From the NCBI GenBank assembly GCA_030141605.1, contig JAQGDQ010000032.1, positions 124,001 to 188,000 of the forward strand: a DNA stretch of 64,000 nt. Direction: 5' to 3'. Of the stretch, positions 1-12,392 are shown piece after piece. This stretch comes from Tubiluchus corallicola. Lineage: Eukaryota; Animalia; Priapulida. The position numbers and the translations under genes are program-made. Position 1 is the first letter of the stretch; each line of letters begins with the position of its first letter. The notes beneath the pieces are model-generated. The model did no database searches. It had not been told where the DNA came from and worked only from the letters and a program-made list of their open reading frames with translations.

Positions 1-295
1 TCGTTTCAATAGTTAATTTACTTGTGTCATTTATAGCTTTTTAATTTAAATGCCCCTTTCATTGGTCTTCCAGGTTTCGTAGAGATTGAAAATCTAAGTT
101 TCTGTACTACTTATCATAACAGTAGTAGTAGTAAAGTTAATGACTGATGTCAGTCCATTCAAATCAATTACAGATCATTTCAAGAATTGCAAGTTAGGTT
201 AGTTATAACAAAAATAAGATTATTTGAAAATATTAAAACACTCATAAACAAAATGCACCAGATTATGTTGGCCTAGCTATTATATAATGACAGTA

Positions 296-503
296 TATAA
301 TATAATATAATATAATATAATATAATATAATATAATATAATATAATATAATATAATATAATATAATATAATATAATATAATATAATATAATATAATATAA
401 TATAATATAATATAATATAATATAATATAATATAATATAATATAATATAATATAATATAATATAATATAATATAATATAATATAATATAATATAATATAA
501 TAT
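296..503. repeat. (TATAA)n pentanucleotide microsatellite
   Basis: Perfect TATAA array read directly. It produces the spurious YYIIL ORFs. Confidence 0.97.
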
Positions 504-557
504 ATAGTATTATATAATGACAAGCTATGATGCATGTAATATTAATTTCAGTTTCTC

Positions 558-1015
<458 letters not shown>

Positions 1016-4000
1016 ATGTTAGTCACTGCTTCTGCGTTCTTGTTCCTTTTCACTTTTGTCTTTCTTTTCATTCATTTTCCAATTTTGCCATCTCGTCTTT
1101 CTTTTTCTTTTTACTCTTTTTTCTGTTTTTTTTTTACTTGCTTCTTTTTACAACAACCATCGTCGCTGGCGTTACCTGCACTAATGTTTACAGTGATAGC
1201 AGCAGTTGCTGCTCAGACACGGCAGCTAACACTACTAAACCTGCCACTACGCTGCCGCTGTCGCTGCTGTTCTGCTGTAGTCACCGGTACCACTATTCAT
1301 TTAGACAAATTTTTTATAAAAAATAATAAAGAATAAAAGATTAATGGAGCACAATCTGTGTTTTTTCTATATAGGTCTATTATCGGACGAGTCCAACATG
1401 ACTAGTTAAACCTCACACTAATCGCCCATACTTCTCAGGCCTGCTTTAACCCGTATTCCGTAAGTTAGTTAGCTCAATGTAGATTGAAGCTCTTCCTTTA
1501 TTTAAATCAACGTTATCATTATTGACATGAGTATGCTGTCAGCCATATATACGTTGCACTGTTTAATTTGTCTATCTATACGAGCAGCATGTCTGATTTA
1601 CCAACATTGCTTAAGTGACTTGGCTGCTGATGCACTTATCCCATTACCCAGAATCAATAACTGGTCAATATCGTTTGGACAATAAACGACCTCCCAACTA
1701 GTGGTAAACCAGCCCATAAACGCCTCTGCAAACTTTCCTTGTAAAAATATCCGAGTTTGGATTACAGCAGAGTCTACGTCTTGTTTCGGTGTAATTTTAA
1801 TTAATTTCGGAGATGATATTTTGTCTTTTTTTCTGAGCGCTTACAGTTTGATTGAAATGGACAACTGAGACAAACTATCTAAAATTTTCGTATATGTGGC
1901 AGGGCTGAACTGAACTTTCAGTACTACTTTTCGTACTTTTTACACAAACTCCAAAACACAAAGGCCGGAAGAGTGTATTCGTCATACCAATATGTTATAG
2001 AGCATCCTGAACATGGAAAAAGTTCGCACGACCAGCTTAGTCATTATCCAATCAACGAACGAAATCCAATTTGTAATGCAAGACAATTTTAAAACAAAAG
2101 ATCAATTTGTAAGTTTACTGTAAATTTGCACAGTGTGACTGGTTAATCTCATCAGTAAATGTCCCGCACTTTTACGCACGTACCATAAACCGATTTTACT
2201 GGCGATAATAAAAACGTATTAAAAGGAAAACCAAACATTTACACAGGAAAGTTTGATGAAAATCGAACAAGATTCGGACAGAAGGCACGTTGCCGTGTTT
2301 TTATCCCGTCTTGTAGAGAATTGTCTCATTCTAAGCATCTTGCTCTTTAAGTGTATGAGAATTAACTAAAAAATATTGAGTATGAGAAATAAAATTCTGA
2401 TCATAACAAACATTTCGCAGTTTTAAGTCAAATTTCCAGTTTGTCATACTTACATTAAACGTTCTACTACAATTTGCATAATCTAAAAAAGCCAGAACGT
2501 TGCAATTAGGTACTCATATAAGGTTATCTCTTTCCTTCCTCGTTTCCTCTTTCTTTATATTCCCGCCTTCCTTTCTTTATTACTTATTCTTTTCTTTTTT
2601 CCTTCCCCATTCTTTCCCTGTTCTTTCTCTCCACTTTGCCACGCTTGCTACCTGCGTCCTTTTCCTTCCGGTCCTTTTCTTTCTTCACCTATCTTCTTGT
2701 TTCACGTTTTTCTTTATTCCTCCTTTTTTCCATCTTTTCTTAACCCTTTCTTCTCTTTCCTTACTTTATCTCTTTCCTTACTTCCTTACTTCATTTTCTG
2801 TTTGTTTCTAAAAAGTATTCGCAAAAATATAGTTTTATACTTCTTTTTCTCACAACTTGCACTTACTGCGGGTGTCAGAATTGGGAAAAATTTACTTTTT
2901 TGCATGAAGAATAGGAAAATTGCTATTAGCTATGGTTCATGATTGGAAACGTGATAGTTTTTAGCATGTCTCATTTGTCAAGATTTTTTTCTTAAATGAC
3001 GTGTCTGTTATGCATGAATACAACTGTAATCCACCACTCAACCATAGACTTACTTACTATAGACAGTTCTTACGAGGAAGAACCTAATTTATTGTCAAGA
3101 ATAATATTCTAATAGGAGATGACAGAGCAGACTTAGCTGCTTTTAGATGTGCATACAAATAGACAGTATGAACGAAGAAACCCTCACAACCAGTGTTGAT
3201 GGGACTAACCATCCATTTACTGAACATGTCCTGTGTTGCTTAACATTTGGGTACATCATTTCCGGCCACAGTGTGTATTAACGATAAACTAACAAGTCTA
3301 GTATATGCACCTAATTTGAGCAAAATAAGCTCACTTTATACTTCTGCTTCAGATAAGTTCTTTTACGTTACAATCTCTTGTTTGAAATATTATTTTGCTG
3401 ACACACTTTAGGTACAAATTTTTTATAACCAAATTCGAACTTTCTAGTTAGCAGAATTTTCGTATCCTCTTCTGACGCTCTTAGGTCATTGGCCAGGATT
3501 ACTGGCTTCACAAGGTAACCCACATTTCAGTTATGACAGATCCCTGGTCAACTTTATTGTCTTGTTTCATTATCTGCACACATCATTAGCAAGTTTTTCT
3601 GCTTAGTCTAACGATAATGATGATGATGATGATAATAATAATAATAATGACCGCGCTTGTTAGATATCATAAATTTACGGTTTCATTTTGCAAACTTTAG
3701 AAAGCGAAATGTTTTATAATTTTGTCATTTTGAATTGCGCACATTCAATAATATTCAAGTTCCTAAATGTCAACTAGAGACAAGCCCAGACTACCGTTTA
3801 TGCTTATAGTATGTAATCAAAAAGAGTCTAATCAAATTGACCGAACTTACACGTTTTTTATTCATTTAGCAGGCTAACATATGTAATTACTGTATTAATG
3901 ATAGCACAGTGTTTACTGTATTACGTATTTGCTTACTGTTCAATGAGTAGCTAACAAATGCTAATAAAAATAACTATTATCACGGATAATTGTATAACGA

Positions 4001-4600
4001 TTTGTAATCATTTTCTTATAATAATAATTGGTCAGACGTCTATATTTCACGCTTGTCTCAATCCTGTCTAAATGACTGAAACTAACTTGTGGTCAGCAAT
4101 AGCACATGTAAGTGCTGGGTTTTTCTTACTGCCGGATGTAGTTAGCTATACAAATTTCTTCAGTTTTAATGTGTGACTAGACATTATTGATTTGCAGTCT
4201 GCATGTATTTTCATGCCAAATTCAATATTTTAATCAGTACACATACGCATATATAAACGTCTGACGTACTGATTATTTGCCAGTGAAATGCAGGAATAAC
4301 CTATCTATCTAGAGAAGGGCCTATAGCAATAACTGACGCGTTTTCCGAGTAAAAATTTTTCTTGGGGTAATTGTACATATTTTTGCCCAAATGTGGGGCA
4401 AAAACGCAATAAAACACGATAAAAAGACAATAAATGCTGTAAAAATGTTCAGAAGCAGGTCCTTTGAACATTATTTGTTGCTCTGCGCCGTATTTGATAC
4501 AGCTATGTCGTAAAGAGGACTGTGGGATATCTCAACCAGAAATGTGCGATGGATTATATATATATGGAATTGTCCAAACCTAACTTAATTTGAACTTCTA

Positions 4601-4818
4601 CTATTGGTTTTCAATTCTAGCTGCGCCTTTTGGTATTATAGGCGGTTTATTTCCCCGTGATTCTTTTACTCGATTATTCCCAATTCTGCGACGACGTCCA
4701 TCGATCTTGTGCGTGGACGTTTGTGCGAGGGAATTTTGTGCTGCATTGGCCGCGTGCATGAAAGCTTCTGGTATGTCATCGCTGCATCCGGGTTGGAGAT
4801 GTGGAGCTGGAGGAGAGC
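4601..4818 (-). other. Possible orphan coding exon of an unidentified minus-strand gene
   Basis: Locally GC-richer open frame (SPPAPHLQPGCSDDIPEAFMHAANAAQNSLAQTSTHKIDGRRRRIG...) after a possible acceptor (ttctttgatcgatatag), with a (CT)n tract further upstream. No recognisable domain and no partner exons found. Confidence 0.2.
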
Positions 4819-4902
4819 TATATCGATCAAAGAATGAAGCGGTTATTACTTTAGGCACATGCAACGTGGACGGGGAATCAGGTGGTAGGCAGACATATTA
4901 AG

Positions 4903-5070
<168 letters not shown>

Positions 5071-7074
5071 GCAATTGAACAATATATAAATGGTATATTG
5101 TCTCGAACGAACCATGTAGTTTCCAACAGTCACTTTAGAGGTGTTATACAAAAGTAAATGTGGGAAAACTTTCATTAGATCAAATATACTACATTTTTAT
5201 GATTTATAAGAATTATTGGCATACAAAGAAAGATAACAAAAATTGAATATGTTCCTTTGTGTATTAGTTTTCTTCCAAAGTTATGCAACACTGGACTTTA
5301 TGCAGTTGTAAAAATAGTCATTTTACGTAAAGTACAATTGTTGTGCAATGAGTTTACAAGTGCGTGCGTTGATTGATAGACGTGCACACACATTACACGC
5401 ACACAAGCACATATTTCTGGTAAATGGCTGTATATGGCCAACTGAGCTAATAGTTAGAAAATCACTAATTAGAGTTAAATCTTTCAAATATGACGGAGCA
5501 TTAATTATTTGTGAAACCTGTTTAATTATCACTGTTAATTTGCAGGCTAAAATACGGAACTGTATTGTTAAAACATGGACAAATGTTTAAATCTATTTTA
5601 CATTTTTTTCAGTGATACTGGAAAGTTCCTTTAACTGACAAATCGTTCTAGCAGAACTGGACGTGCGCGAACTGAATTGTCGATCGGCGCAGCTCCGCAA
5701 GCCAATACAAGATCCGGTAGTAAATGACCGAATCGAACGGAATTAGAGACTTCTTTCTCGAGCTGGTGCCTCATCATGTAGGCGAATTATGTGAAGTGAT
5801 TTGGATGTTTATGCGGCCGAGTTTAGATATAATTTACCAGAACTGAGTGATTAGCGTGTGGAAGTACGCGTACTTCGGACTTTTAGGATTAGAACTAAAG
5901 TTCATTTAGACTGTGAATGATGTAGTTCCCAGTGAGCAAAACTGCTGAAGTTATAGCAAATCATGGGAATAGCTAAATAGAGCAATGCCGGCAACAATGC
6001 GAAATTGGAAAACACAATTCATTGATGTAGGGCTTTTACTAGTTTTGGTAAGTGATGCCATTTAATATCTCTTTTGGTTAACTGACGTAATGACCAGTGA
6101 ATTGTATATTAAAATAAAAGTGACTTTTTTATTACTAAACTTGATAAATTATGCATTGACGATTTAAACGTGGCAGCAGGAGTGAGCATTATTAATTAGC
6201 AGAATTACACTTTCCCGCTGGTCGTTGTTCAGGTTAGCCCATTTTGATGCTGGAGCTCTGTAGTTAACGAACAAAACAGTGAAAAAAGATTCTGTCACAA
6301 GTGCTGGTAGACTAGTTTCTTTTGCTTCAACAGTAATGGTGCACCACAGCTATTGTAAACACCTTGCTATGGTATATTTTACCAGATAAGTGGTGCCATC
6401 CATTAACACATTAACAAGAAAACGGAGATGTTACAAGCTACTTTAGGCGTGAAACTTTAGTATCAAATTAATGCACCCTGTCAAATATTTTCAACATTGT
6501 GAATTTCTCATTTGTCGTTATGATAGTGCCAAGTGTTTAGCAAAACGAGATCCATATTGAATTTGTCTGTCTCATCGTTAACAAATTTGGCTTCCGCTTC
6601 CTTATAGACGAGTTTTTCTTCACTCAGATGAAAATCGCTTCCTCCAAGTAATTACATTAGCGGACGATGCTTAATTTTATATTTAATTAAACTCAGAAAA
6701 GGCGGACCTAGGTGGCCGCGCTTACATTTAGGTTTAATTATACTTATTGGAGGCCGATCTATCATGCATGGCAGAGTATGAAATGCGGCTTATATTATTC
6801 GTAAGAGTTCAAGAAACATTACAGAAGTCGTCAAAGACAATTCATTTCGCAACAATTTATTTCAAAACGTCAGTGTTTCAAATACAATTTTGGGAATTTT
6901 CGATCTGCATCTACTATAATTATACTGTTATTATAAACAACTTATAAATCTTAAAACACTAAGACATTTTATGCACTTTTAGACAACTGTTATTTGATAT
7001 GCAGGAGCTTATGACAGGAATTACTAATTATATAGATGGTTGTGGCAGGGCTGTAATAATTTCACTTTGCCAAA

Positions 7075-7222
7075 GATCATATCTATGACAAGGTACTGGA
7101 CGGGTAGCGGTGGCTCTTCCGCACGAGATAATTAGCTAAAAGCACATAAAGCCATCCTATCAGCCCAAGTTCAGTGTTGCTTAACTTCGGTCTCTAACCA
7201 AACACTGTGACCAGACCACGGC
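7075..7222 (-). mobile_element. Degenerate 5S rRNA-derived SINE (SINE3-like) or 5S pseudogene fragment
   Basis: Minus strand reads ...ccGAAGTTAAGCaacactgaacttgggctgatagGATGG..., resembling the 5S internal control region (box A AGYYAAGC ... box C GGATGG). The rest does not match a full 5S rRNA. Boundaries approximate. Confidence 0.35.
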
Positions 7223-9292
7223 TGTTTCTTCCACTAATAGCTCTACTTGTTCTAAATTGGTAGCCATGTGACGCGTTTGCCTGTCTTGTTGATAAAAGGA
7301 TAAAGAGTTAACAGAAAGGCTTCACTGCTAAAGTTCTGCGACGTCTCATTAATCATGTCAACGAATACAGCTTTAGTTATAATAGACTTACGCTCGCTAA
7401 TTAATTAACCAACTAAAACTGCAGAGAGGATTTAGATAGCGCGGATCCTTTGAACCGAAAAACGTCATAACTATAATTACTCATTTCACTTGACGCTTAA
7501 GAAACGCACGTGACATTCGTGTGCTTAGGTTGGTCGCTCGTTTCATTCATTTGGAAACCCAGTCCGCAATATTACGTCTCTTTAGTTTCATTGCTTGTTG
7601 GTAATTGTGGGAAAATGGTTTGATGAGGTGTAGAATTGCCAATGGCGGTTGCGGGTCACAGTTAACGATTTGAAAATTTTCGTTTTTATGTGTTATTGGG
7701 TTTATCGCAAGTGCATAGTAAAACGGGTTTTAAAGGTTTCATTAGCTTCCCGTTTATCACATGTGGATCACAGTGACTATGTTACTCGTGCTGAGGTTAC
7801 GGGTATTGCGACTGTTGGCACTCACCATACTGGCATGGCCACTAAGAAAAGTAAAAAAGCGAGTTTGTCCACTTAGCGTTTTAGTTTTAATCGTGAGTAT
7901 TAAGAACTAAGAACTTCTACACTTGTTAAGTGTCTTTTCAATTCCATAATGTCTTCCAAAATTATTAATCACATACACCGTTCCAATTAAATTTAACAGA
8001 TTACTACAAATTTCTACAAAGTTCACATTTACTCGCAATTGGATATCTAGTAACTAGTTTAATCTTCAGCCTAACCAAACGATTTTAAAATACATATCGG
8101 CACGTGCCTGCTGTGCTGTAGGCTTTGCATCATTGCCGAAATGCGGCACTTGAGTATTCTTGCACTAGGTTTTGCCAAAAACATTCGTTGCTGTCTCAAA
8201 AACGCTACATTCTTTTGTTGTGACTCGAAGTCAGTGTGCAGAAGCATGTTATTCCTTCTATATCTTCTATATATACTTTAACTTCAAAACCGTAATGCAC
8301 GTTGCAGTAGGTTATTAATGTTTCAATAAAATAATACAGGCATAACCGTGTGTAACAACGGTTTAACTTGCATGCAGATACAGCAATTATTAGGAGAGAT
8401 AATCTTGCGACCCACCATTTCTTACGTAATGCTCGGTCAATTCGTTCAACTGTGGGTCCCCCAGCACCAGTAACATCAACATTATTAATCGACTAAGTCA
8501 ATAATAATTTATCTAAACAACTTACGTGCCAGAAGCGATTTATCTATTTAAATACAAATCTGATTTGATGCAGCAGTTTATTGCACTGCAGGAAGCTAAT
8601 ACTTCCTTGGATGAAACAGAGGGCTGATGATTATAGGGGTTGAACAGATAATATATAACTAACAATGATTCTGTCCTGAAGCGCTGCGTTGTATCAGTCA
8701 TATTTTGGGGTGCAAATTTATGATGAAGTTCTGCTTTTGCTCCAATGCTTTCGTTGACTCTTCGTGAAACCTGAAAATGATCTTCTGCGCCCTTCTGGCG
8801 GTCAGCTCCTTAATTGAGATAAGTAATTATAGCATGAACCCTGTGTCATAACAAGGTTCGTGTTGTTTCTGATCCAATGCTTGCAAAGCTAGTTTGTACA
8901 ACTGGTCAACTTAGACATTATGCATATTGCCAGCTTCCTGCTATTATCGTTACCTGCATAATAATCTGGCTGACGGCAAACGGGTTGAGTCTTTGCATTG
9001 CGATCAGATAAAACGAGATCTACACGTGTTTTCTTAGCAGAACGGCTTTCTGCCATTCTTCTATTTTCTTTCAATAGAGTCAAAAGAAGCTGCTGTTATT
9101 CTTATGCGAGGCAGGCCTTCGTTTTAATGGAAAAAGAGTTTGGAATAATAAAAATGTTTTTATGCGTAGTATAAATTCGTCTAACTTCGTATCGCAATAC
9201 GGCTATTGTATGCGTTCGCTAGGAGAAAATAGTGCGTCGGGCAAATAAAATGCACTTTCTTTATTATTAAGTTTAGATAGAGGAGGCATTTA

Positions 9293-9397
9293 GTATGTAT
9301 GTATGTATTTATGTATGTATGTATGTATGTATGTATGTATGTATGTATGTATGTATGTATGTATGTATGTATGTATGTATGTATGTATGTATGTATG

Positions 9398-9426
<29 letters not shown>
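9293..9426. repeat. (TATG)n microsatellite
   Basis: Near-perfect tetranucleotide array. Confidence 0.96.
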
Positions 9427-9428
<2 letters not shown>

Positions 9429-10530
9429 TTATGTACAAAATGTTAGAGTTAGACAGAAATTTTTCTTAATTAGATAGCTTATTACTTTTCTTTGTGGAAG
9501 TAAAATTAAAAAAGGGAAAACGGGCTATCAATCTAGTGCCTCCACAACAACTGTTAACCCTATGGTGACACATTAAACGACGTGGCACGTGCTTGTAATT
9601 ATTTCGAGTACAAACAGGCTATCATTCTGACAAGCAACACGCATGTACCAATTCGTCTTTAACCGAATGCTCAATTTTCAACACGCGTCAGAGCCAAAGC
9701 AAACATGAGTGTGGCGTCCCTGCCTAATTACTTACCTGTTTTAACTGTTTCTGGTATTGGTTTTCTACAAATTGACCAACAACAATTACAAGAGTAGTAT
9801 GCCTCCAGTGTAATCAGTTTTATTGTTCAGATTCTTGGTTTTGGGGTGCAACACTCTTGTTCCACGTACAGGGAATTGGAGGGCAAATAAAGAGGATCAA
9901 CATTAGGCAGAGTGAGCCCTTCATGAACTGCTGTACTGGAGCAAACAATCTATTTAAATTATTCTAGTTCTACTGAGGCGTTAGAACGTTAACAAAATGA
10001 ACAGAAGTTAAATGAACAAAGTTACAAGAATAAAATTAATTTTACTTAAACGGCAACTTGACTATCAGTGCAACCCGTGTTTGGTTGATTACTTCTTTGT
10101 GAGCTTTAATCAAGTAGGTTTATGTTGAATTGATAAACAAGTGATATCAAATGTTTTTACCTTATCTGAATTAGATACGTGTTTAACATAATTCGTCTGC
10201 TACGTATTCAGTATAGACTAGCTAGCGCAAGAACCTGAAATAGTACATATCAGGTGCCTATTTTGCGAATTGCGATTTCTATTTTTTCCATCCACATCCA
10301 CAGATAATGTACGTATCTCATGTAATATACATACTTTTTCTTGTAATGTACAGATCTCTACATGATGGGCTTAAATGTATCGTTTAGTTGTACAGGTGAC
10401 AGAGCCTGGTAAAATCCATGTCAAATTGAAATAAGTCTGAACTGCCCCCATTTGATTATTTTAATTGACAGGCGAGTTCTCAAAAATGTAAACCTACGAG
10501 GAGAAAATCTTAGGCCTGCTCTGTCATGCT

Positions 10531-10650
10531 GGGTTGGTAGCTTAGGTGGAGAGCATGGAAGTACTAATCCTAAGTCTCGGGTTCAAATCCCGACTAGTCC
10601 ACAATTTTTCAATGTCTCCTGTCTCCAACCCATTACCCGTAATGGGTAAT
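10531..10650 (+). mobile_element. tRNA-derived SINE head or tRNA pseudogene
   Basis: 10531-10601 has Pol III box A (TAGCTTAGGTGG), box B (GGTTCAAATCC), a D-stem GCTT/GAGC and a perfect T-stem TCGGG/CCCGA. The acceptor stem has three G-T pairs and the anticodon stem has a mismatch. A non-tRNA body follows, containing a hairpin ATTACCC-GTAAT-GGGTAAT. Confidence 0.65.
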
Positions 10651-11079
10651 AATTGGTAAGATAAGCCGCAATGGTTTGTAAAAATTCTAGCAATCACAGT
10701 CATAATTAATTAATGATATTGTTAGTTGCCACTAATTTAGGAATGTAAAATTTCGTTTTAGGCGGTAAAAAGTATTTTAGGAGCTATAAAGTTATTTTTA
10801 AATAAGAGTCACCATGCCAAAATAGTTGAAGGCTTTACAAAGAAGACACCACTGACTGGTAAATTTTTTTCTCCAATATCGTACATATTTTAGCACTTTG
10901 TGCCATCACCAGGGATCTAAAAGATCTAATATAACATATATTTATTATATTTATTATTATAACAGTGTCGTTTTACCACTGGCGCGAAAATCTTAAATTA
11001 GCTTATCAAGAATTTTCTTTTTCCAATTACAATCGTCTTTCAAACAGATAAGCGTAATGCCAAGCAATATATTATTAGT

Positions 11080-11930
11080 AGTATTGTTATTTCATTCGTA
11101 TAAAAATTTTTATACAGCAATTTAGTTTTAGTGCAAATAATTAACACAATCAAAAATAATTTTTGTTTGTAATTAAAAAAAACAAAAGACGATGAAATCC
11201 ATATACACATCGTCATCATGCTACATGTAGTTGCTTACACATTCATAAAAATAAAATTCTGTTCTAACTTTTCTTTTCACATTAAAATTAAAGCAGAGAG
11301 TACAACCATACTTTATTCTTAAATCAACATCTGAGTCATTAAATACAACATTTTAGGGATAATAAGTGATTCGGAATTTCAAATTTTTCTTGAAAATCCC
11401 AATTTACGACTGTCAATCGAAAAATTTGCTGATATGGTACCACAGTAATACATAAGTAGTTTTACACTTTCGTTTTGTTTAAAGTCAAATATTTTTCTAT
11501 ATGCACTGTTCCAACTTACTCTAATTACATTCGCATCTATAATGGAAATGCCACCAATTTCCATATACACCCGTACAACAAAATAGAAAAGCAGTAAGAA
11601 CTAGTTAATATTTTTGCGACTAGTTGGTTGCGTTTCGGCCCCATTGTCGACAAAATGCTATTTAAAGACCCGAAATATTTACGCTTCAGTCTTGTAATGT
11701 CAACTGCAAAGACTTTATCAGTTTTAATATCACATCCTAAACGTTTTCCACTGTTTTTCCACTTCAATAACATGGCACTAAAAATGCTCCCACAATCCAG
11801 AGAGCTATTTCAAAAATATAACAAAATCGTCTTCTTTGAATTAAAAGTAATACTCCAATGTTTACCATATATTTCACATATCCTTAGGATTTCCCTAAGC
11901 TGCCTATATGAACCAGCAAGCAAGACTTTG
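11080..11930 (-). mobile_element. Decayed non-LTR retrotransposon (LINE) ORF2 3' fragment, RT C-terminal/thumb region
   Basis: Three frameshifted ORF pieces: LREILRICEIYGKHWSITFNSKKTILLYF; LGCDIKTDKVFAVDITRLKRKYFGSLNSILS...SYCFSILLYG; IRVSWNSAYRKIF. These match the motif order that follows the YADD box in LINE reverse transcriptases. An AT-rich 3' tail follows. Boundaries approximate. Confidence 0.8.
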
Positions 11931-12282
11931 TATGGAACTTTTTTAGTGTTATATACTTTAAAATTCTCTTTGATCCGCCTTAAACTTACAGTAAATATTT
12001 TGCTCGCATTTCGCTTGCACATATTGCTAATATTAGGCTCTCTAATATCCTTTATACTTTACACATTAGCACTTCATTGGAACGTGTTATGATGGTCGCT
12101 TGTAGAATTTGCTCAGTACATAACACGCAATCGAAGGTTTTCAGTCAGTGACCTTGTGCGAAGTGTGGATAAGCATCACCTCTAGGGTGTTTATGTGTTC
12201 TGATAACTACAATTAAAAGCAGCAGTAACCATATGTAAAAGCTCTCTATTCCCCTTCTTGTACCCTCTTCCCCACCCCTCCA

Positions 12283-12296
12283 CCTCTCTCTCTCTC

Positions 12297-12389
<93 letters not shown>
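12283..12389. repeat. (CT)n microsatellite
   Basis: Dinucleotide array. Confidence 0.96.

Positions 12390-12392
<3 letters not shown>

Noticed and set aside
10531-10601. Functional tRNA gene
   Set aside because: Weak acceptor stem, mismatched anticodon stem and implausible ACT anticodon. Reported as a SINE/pseudogene instead.
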